In this document: one piece after another, positions 59,211-64,000 of the stretch | Layout: every line of letters starts with the position of its first letter | Numbering within the stretch: position 1 is the first letter of the stretch | NCBI GenBank assembly: GCA_963722305.1 | Contig: CAVRKE010000002.1 | Span: forward strand, 123,878 to 187,877 | DNA: 64,000 bases | Direction: 5' to 3' | Source: Candidatus Levyibacteriota bacterium | GTDB taxonomy: Bacteria; Patescibacteriota; Microgenomatia; Levybacterales; UBA12049 | Notes under the pieces: model-generated | Told to the model about the DNA's origin: nothing | What the model saw: only the letters and a program-made list of their open reading frames with translations | Database searches by the model: none | Program-made: the position numbers and the translations under genes

Positions 59211-59417
59211 CTCAATTCACCTCGCTTTCCTAACAAATAGTCGAACTAATAACTAGTGGCTAATTGCTAATGGCTGATTATTAATTAGCTTAACAATACA
59301 ATGTAAATGAGAAGTTGTCAAGGGGCGAACAATTACTATTTCGCCCTGCGATCCTGAGCGAAATGAAGTCCTCCAAGGACTGAGTGGAGTCGAACGGGTC
59401 AAGCACCTTTTAATTAT

Positions 59418-60665
59418 TTACGAGGAAAATTCGGTGGCGGTGGCGCGGAATTCCCGAATGGCGGTCACTTTTATTTCTCCGGCTACTGCCTGAGATTTAC
59501 TGACTTCATCCCTGATTTTATTGGCGACCACTGTCGTTTGCGCATCGTCCAATTGTCCCGGATTGATGATGACCCGCAATTCTCTCCCGGCTTCAAACGC
59601 ATAAGCGTCCTCAACGCCTTCATATTTTTTGGCAATTTCTTCCATTTGCGCCAAGCGCTTACCGTAGTTTTCCACATCTTCATATCGAGCACCCGGTCTG
59701 GCTCCGGAAATCTGGTCGGCAATATGCACAATCACCGACTCAACCGAGGAAAACGGCTTATCTTCATGGTGTTCGGCCACACAATTAACAATTAAGTCCG
59801 GGATATTATTTTTCTTTAAGAAATCTACTCCCAAAGTGACATGGCTGCCCTCGCCTTCCAGCACTTTTCCGATATCGTGGAATAAACACCCCAGGCGGAC
59901 AATATTGACGTTGGCCCCGATTTCTTCGGCAATGTGGATTCCGATTTTGACGTCTTCCAAAGTATGAATGATTAAATTCTGACCGTAAGAAGTCCTGAAT
60001 TTAAATCTGCCTAAGACTTGCAGAATTTCGCGGGACAAATTAAACACTCCGGCTTCATGTGCCATTCTTTCGCCTTCTTCAAACATTATCCTATCGACTT
60101 CTTTTTTTGTTTCCTCAACAATTTCCTCTATGCGGAATGGCTGAATCCTGGTATCCCTGATTAATTTTTCCAAAGACCTTCTGGCCACTTCCCGTCTGAC
60201 CTGGTCAAAACTGGATAGCCTGATAACACCCTCTTCATCCAAATCAACGTCTACTCCGGTGGCCTGTTCAAAAGCCCGGATGTTTCTGCCTTCTTTGCCG
60301 ATGATGCGGCCTTTAATTTCTTCGTCGGGGATTTTCACTACCGAAACCGTGTATTCGGCAATAAACTTGAGGGCGCCAAAGCGCATAGCGTCCACCAGAA
60401 TTTCCTGGGCCTTTTTATCGGCGGTGGACTTGGCTTCGTCTTCCCTGTCCCGGATAATTTTAGCGGCTGTCTTAGCTTCACTTAATTCCAGTTGTTCTAA
60501 GAGCTCTTTTTTGGCTGCCTCGGCACTTAAACCGGAGGTTTTTTCCAGTTTTTCCTGATATTTATCTTTAAGCTCGGTAAGCTTCGCTCTTTCCTGTTCA
60601 AGTTTTTCTTCCCTTTCCAGAAGTTTTTTTTCTAATTGAATTAAATCCTGATTATCTTGTGCCAT
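59418..60665 (-). CDS. rny: Ribonuclease Y (lacks the N-terminal TM anchor)
   Basis: KH and HD domains. 415 aa. Begins with a coiled coil. Confidence 0.85.
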   Translation of the reverse strand: MAQDNQDLIQLEKKLLEREEKLEQERAKLTELKDKYQEKLEKTSGLSAEAAKKELLEQLELSEAKTAAKIIRDREDEAKSTADKKAQEILVDAMRFGALKFIAEYTVSVVKIPDEEIKGRIIGKEGRNIRAFEQATGVDVDLDEEGVIRLSSFDQVRREVARRSLEKLIRDTRIQPFRIEEIVEETKKEVDRIMFEEGERMAHEAGVFNLSREILQVLGRFKFRTSYGQNLIIHTLEDVKIGIHIAEEIGANVNIVRLGCLFHDIGKVLEGEGSHVTLGVDFLKKNNIPDLIVNCVAEHHEDKPFSSVESVIVHIADQISGARPGARYEDVENYGKRLAQMEEIAKKYEGVEDAYAFEAGRELRVIINPGQLDDAQTTVVANKIRDEVSKSQAVAGEIKVTAIREFRATATEFSS

Positions 60666-60773
60666 ATCTTAAATTTGAAGACAAAAAGAAGCCCCGGTTT
60701 AGCGGGTTGCTGGATGAGATAACTTTGTAAACAAAAATCTATCCATAAATTTCCTTTTGTCTTCCCTATTATA

Positions 60774-61274
60774 CTATTTAGCCAAAACCTGGTCAATGGC
60801 TTCTTTTACCGTATCCCAATCAAATCCCTTTGAAGCGAGGTATCGGCCGAGTTTTTCGTAGACTTTTCGTTTATCGTCTTTGTCATGAATCGTTCTGAGT
60901 TTTTTTTCTGCCAACTTACGCGCGCTTTCCGTGTCAAGGTTTTTGGTCATTGATAATTGGTCATTGGTCATTACGAAATCGATGATTTCGTCCGTAATTC
61001 CCTTCTGTTTTAGTTCGTATTTAATCACTCTCCACGCTTTTGGTTTTAATAAAGTCCGCTGCTTCACCCACATCCGCACAAATTCCTCATCGTTAATGAA
61101 CTTATCCCTTTTGAGACTCGCGATTATTCGTTCTATTATTTCATTCTTAATTCTTAATTCTGAATTCTGAATTCTGAATTTTTTAGTGAGGTAGTCCCGC
61201 ATCTCTTTTTCACTGCGCGGACGGAATGACAAAAAACGGATAGAGGCTTTGTAGAATTTTTCAAAATCGTCCAT
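60774..61274 (-). CDS. recX: Regulatory protein RecX
   Basis: Three-helix-repeat architecture, immediately downstream of recA. Confidence 0.7.
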   Translation of the reverse strand: MDDFEKFYKASIRFLSFRPRSEKEMRDYLTKKFRIQNSELRIKNEIIERIIASLKRDKFINDEEFVRMWVKQRTLLKPKAWRVIKYELKQKGITDEIIDFVMTNDQLSMTKNLDTESARKLAEKKLRTIHDKDDKRKVYEKLGRYLASKGFDWDTVKEAIDQVLAK

Positions 61275-61283
61275 CTTGCGATA

Positions 61284-62372
61284 TTACTCTTTGCTTTCCG
61301 CTTCGACGCCGACTTCAACCCTGGCCGGAGAGGTTTTGCTTTTGGTCATTATTTCTTCAACGATTTTTTTGGCAGTATCCGGTTTTTCTTTCAAAAAGAG
61401 CGCGGCCGCCTGTTTACCCTGGCCAAGCATAAGTTCGCCAAACCTAAAGAAGGCTCCGGATTTTTCAATAATGCCCATATCCACCCCGACATCCATGATT
61501 CCGCCCTCCCGCGAAATGCCGGTATCGGCCATCACGTCAAACTCGGCAATCCGAAAAGGCGCCGACACTTTATTTTTAACAATCTTGGCTCTGTGCCTAC
61601 TACCAACCACCACGTCTCCTTCTTTTAAGGTCTCTATTTTGCGAACGTCAATTCTTATCGATGAATAAAATTTCAGCGCCAAGCCGCCGGTGGTGGTTTC
61701 GGGGTTACCAAACATCACACCGATTTTTTGCCGCAGTTGATTGGTAAAAATCACCACGGTTTTTGATTTGGAAATAACCGCCGTTAATTTTCGGAGAGCC
61801 TGCGACATTAGCCTCGCCTGCAGCCCCATCATCGCATCTCCCATTTCGCCTTCGATTTCCGCCCTTGGCACCAAAGCGGCCACCGAATCGATAACCAGCA
61901 CATCAATTCCGCCGCTTCTGATTAAACTCTCAGCAATTTCTAAAGCCTGTTCGCCGGTATCCGGCTGGGAAATTAATAATTCATCTAACTTAACACCAAG
62001 ACGCTGCGCCCATAACGGGTCAAGCGCATGTTCGGCATCAATAAAGGCGGCTACGCCATTATGCTTTTGCGCTTGCGCAATAATTGATAAACAAACTGTC
62101 GTTTTTCCCGACGCCTCCGGTCCGTAAATTTCAATGATTCTCCCTCTTGGCACTCCACCTACTCCGAGTGCTAAATCTAAGGGAAGACAGCCTGTGGAGA
62201 TAACCGAGACGTCAAATTTCTGGCCGGTGTCGCCAAAGCGCATAATACTTCCGCGTCCGTACTGTTTTTCGATTTGTTCCATTGCCAGTTTGACTGCTTC
62301 CATTTTCTGTGAACCTTCCGAAGGACCGTTTGAAGTTTTTTCTGTCTTTTCCGAATTACTATGTCTTGCCAT
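61284..62372 (-). CDS. recA: Recombinase RecA
   Basis: Walker [10 protein letters not shown] and L1/L2 loops. The TTGATA-N17-TATTAT promoter ends 6 nt from the ATG. Confidence 0.97.
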   Translation of the reverse strand: MARHSNSEKTEKTSNGPSEGSQKMEAVKLAMEQIEKQYGRGSIMRFGDTGQKFDVSVISTGCLPLDLALGVGGVPRGRIIEIYGPEASGKTTVCLSIIAQAQKHNGVAAFIDAEHALDPLWAQRLGVKLDELLISQPDTGEQALEIAESLIRSGGIDVLVIDSVAALVPRAEIEGEMGDAMMGLQARLMSQALRKLTAVISKSKTVVIFTNQLRQKIGVMFGNPETTTGGLALKFYSSIRIDVRKIETLKEGDVVVGSRHRAKIVKNKVSAPFRIAEFDVMADTGISREGGIMDVGVDMGIIEKSGAFFRFGELMLGQGKQAAALFLKEKPDTAKKIVEEIMTKSKTSPARVEVGVEAESKE

Positions 62373-62510
62373 AAAAGTATAATAAAAAAATTCTCGAACA
62401 ATATCAAGATATCAAAACAGGTCAAAGTAGGTTGAGCGTAGCGAAATCCTGAGTGGAAGCGAAATACTGAAGCTCCGAAGTACTGAGCAAAGCGAAGAAT
62501 CAATTTAAGC

Positions 62511-63500
62511 TCAAACAGATTTAACTCTATAGAAACTTCCTTTTGTTTCTCCACTTCTTTCAATAAGTCCTTTATCAAGTAACTTTTTAAGATCATACCT
62601 CAGTGTTCTTTCTGGTACTTTTAGAAAATGCCTTCGAATCATATCAAAAGATACAACCCTTTGGTCTTTAATGATGTTTAGTATTTCTTCTTGCCTAGGC
62701 GGCAAAAATATTAAATCTTTTTTACTGGACTCATTTTTAATATCCTCACGGATTTTCTCAATCTCGGAAAGAAAAGCGTTCAGCATAAAATACAAATATT
62801 CATCTGTATTTTTGAAACCCTGGTCTAGATAAAAATAATATTCCGACCGGTTATTATCCAAATACTCTTCAAAGGGAATCGCAAGAGTAAAATCCCAACC
62901 TTTTACTTTTAAAATTAAAGAGATCAGTAACCTTCCAACCCTGCCGTTTCCGTCCAAAAACGGGTGGATTTTTTCGAAACACAAATGCGCTACAAAGGCT
63001 TTAACCAGCGGAAATTTTTCCCCGCCTTCGTTGATATATGCCAACAGCTCTTTGATAAGTTTTGCTATTTGAAAAGGTGACGGCGGCATATATACAGCCA
63101 CTCCGGCTTCATTAAAAATTGCGCTCTGTTCTTTCCTGAAGAATCCCGCATCAGGACTAAGATTTTTTAAGACAAGTTCGTGAAGCTTTAAAAGCATCTC
63201 TTTTGTGACAATGTTTGTCCCTTCGGTATTTTTTTCGATGAATCTTGAAGCCTCGATGATATTAAAAATTTCCTGTTTACTTATATCTTTTGATTTTTCA
63301 AATGAAACTTCCGATAACTCAAGCGGATTTCCTTCGATGCGCGCAGAGTAAAGCGAACTCTTTAAAAGGCTTTTCCGCTGAATATTTTCTTTAATTTGGG
63401 AAGAAATTTCTAAAGAGGCAAAGTTAATTCTGTAGGACTCGATTTTTGCAATGAGCTCGATCATTTCCGGCGTAATTGAATAAGTTGGAGGAATCTTCAT
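62511..63500 (-). CDS. Fic/DOC family protein (DUF4172 N-terminus, Fic domain, C-terminal wHTH)
   Basis: Fic motif HPFLDGNGRVGR. The start is probably the ATG at 63500 rather than the track's GTG at 63518. Confidence 0.85.
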   Translation of the reverse strand: MKIPPTYSITPEMIELIAKIESYRINFASLEISSQIKENIQRKSLLKSSLYSARIEGNPLELSEVSFEKSKDISKQEIFNIIEASRFIEKNTEGTNIVTKEMLLKLHELVLKNLSPDAGFFRKEQSAIFNEAGVAVYMPPSPFQIAKLIKELLAYINEGGEKFPLVKAFVAHLCFEKIHPFLDGNGRVGRLLISLILKVKGWDFTLAIPFEEYLDNNRSEYYFYLDQGFKNTDEYLYFMLNAFLSEIEKIREDIKNESSKKDLIFLPPRQEEILNIIKDQRVVSFDMIRRHFLKVPERTLRYDLKKLLDKGLIERSGETKGSFYRVKSV

Positions 63501-63537
63501 GTTGCCTAATCTTACCACATGTTGCCTAATCTTGCCA
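63498..63537. repeat. Tandem 20-bp direct repeat (catgttgcctaatcttRcca x2) at the Fic start and promoter
   Basis: Two near-identical copies. The first contains the Fic ATG. Confidence 0.8.
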
Positions 63538-63606
63538 GATATTGTTGAACGAAGAGAAATCCTGAACGGTTTTAACGAATTAATTTTACGTGCTATACTA
63601 AATCAA

Positions 63607-64000
63607 ATGCTTGATAAACTCCTGGACAGTATTACACATAACCTCGGAGTGGTAATGGTCGGATTTATTTTGGCTTTTCTTTGCACGCGGCTCGATTTAT
63701 TCTTAAAACTGCCTAATCTCCAATCGCCTTTGACCATAAGCCTTGGCTTACTAATCTTAGCTGCCGGGTTTTTGCTAAGAACGTGGGCAACATACTATTT
63801 CTATAAACACAAAATGGCAGTGATTAAACTTGTCCCGCAAAAAACACTCATTACCGGCGGGCCTTACCGTTTTTCCCGAAACCCGCTTTATCTTGGCGGA
63901 AATGTGTTTATCTTTTTCGGGTCAGCACTTTGTTTTGGCTCGCCAACCGCACTTATACTGACCGTTCTCCATCTTCCCCTGGTTGAGTTGATGATTAGAA
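63607..64000 (+). CDS. Isoprenylcysteine carboxyl methyltransferase / phospholipid methyltransferase family protein (3' end truncated at the window edge)
   Basis: GPYRFSRNPLYLG motif. Confidence 0.6.
   Translation, partial: MLDKLLDSITHNLGVVMVGFILAFLCTRLDLFLKLPNLQSPLTISLGLLILAAGFLLRTWATYYFYKHKMAVIKLVPQKTLITGGPYRFSRNPLYLGGNVFIFFGSALCFGSPTALILTVLHLPLVELMIR

Overview
This 64-kb, low-GC, gene-dense window looks like a small-genome bacterium, probably a CPR/Patescibacteria-like lineage. Most genes are on the minus strand up to about 45 kb and on the plus strand after that. TGA is used as a stop codon and RF2 (prfB) is present without a programmed frameshift, so this is the standard code, not a UGA-recoded lineage. 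Core genes recognised: secD (5' partial), ftsE/ftsX, prfB, uppP, carA/carB, secA, serS, rdgB, a class-I lysyl-tRNA synthetase, kbl/tdh, greA, tsaB/C/E and tsaD, rmuC, a UvrD-like helicase fused to a Cas4-like nuclease, hup, rny, recX, recA, and RNase P RNA (rnpB, about 57489-57829). There is a surface-glycan/glycosylation island (about 4.1-14.2 kb): an ArnT/PMT-like GT-C enzyme, a GT2-GtrA fusion, UDP-xylose synthase, gmd, a reductase, ugd, and rmlA/B/D. I found no integrase, transposase, CRISPR array or tRNA. Most promoter-like sequences abut the ATG, which implies leaderless transcripts. The most unusual signals are these: (1) a repeated roughly 45-nt intercistronic hairpin element, with the loop TGAG-N4-GTCGAAC and compensatory stem changes, upstream of secD, ftsX and a small ORF, with degenerate relatives upstream of hup and recA; (2) a GC-rich palindromic element of about 45-55 nt inserted in-frame into both carB and kbl, RPE-like; (3) an aldo/keto-reductase gene bracketed by 18-bp direct repeats that duplicate the 3' end of tsaD; (4) a 12-codon Lys-rich mini-ORF with a consensus SD, followed by an intrinsic terminator, directly upstream of secA; (5) a strongly promoted pair of small unknown proteins next to the third hairpin copy.
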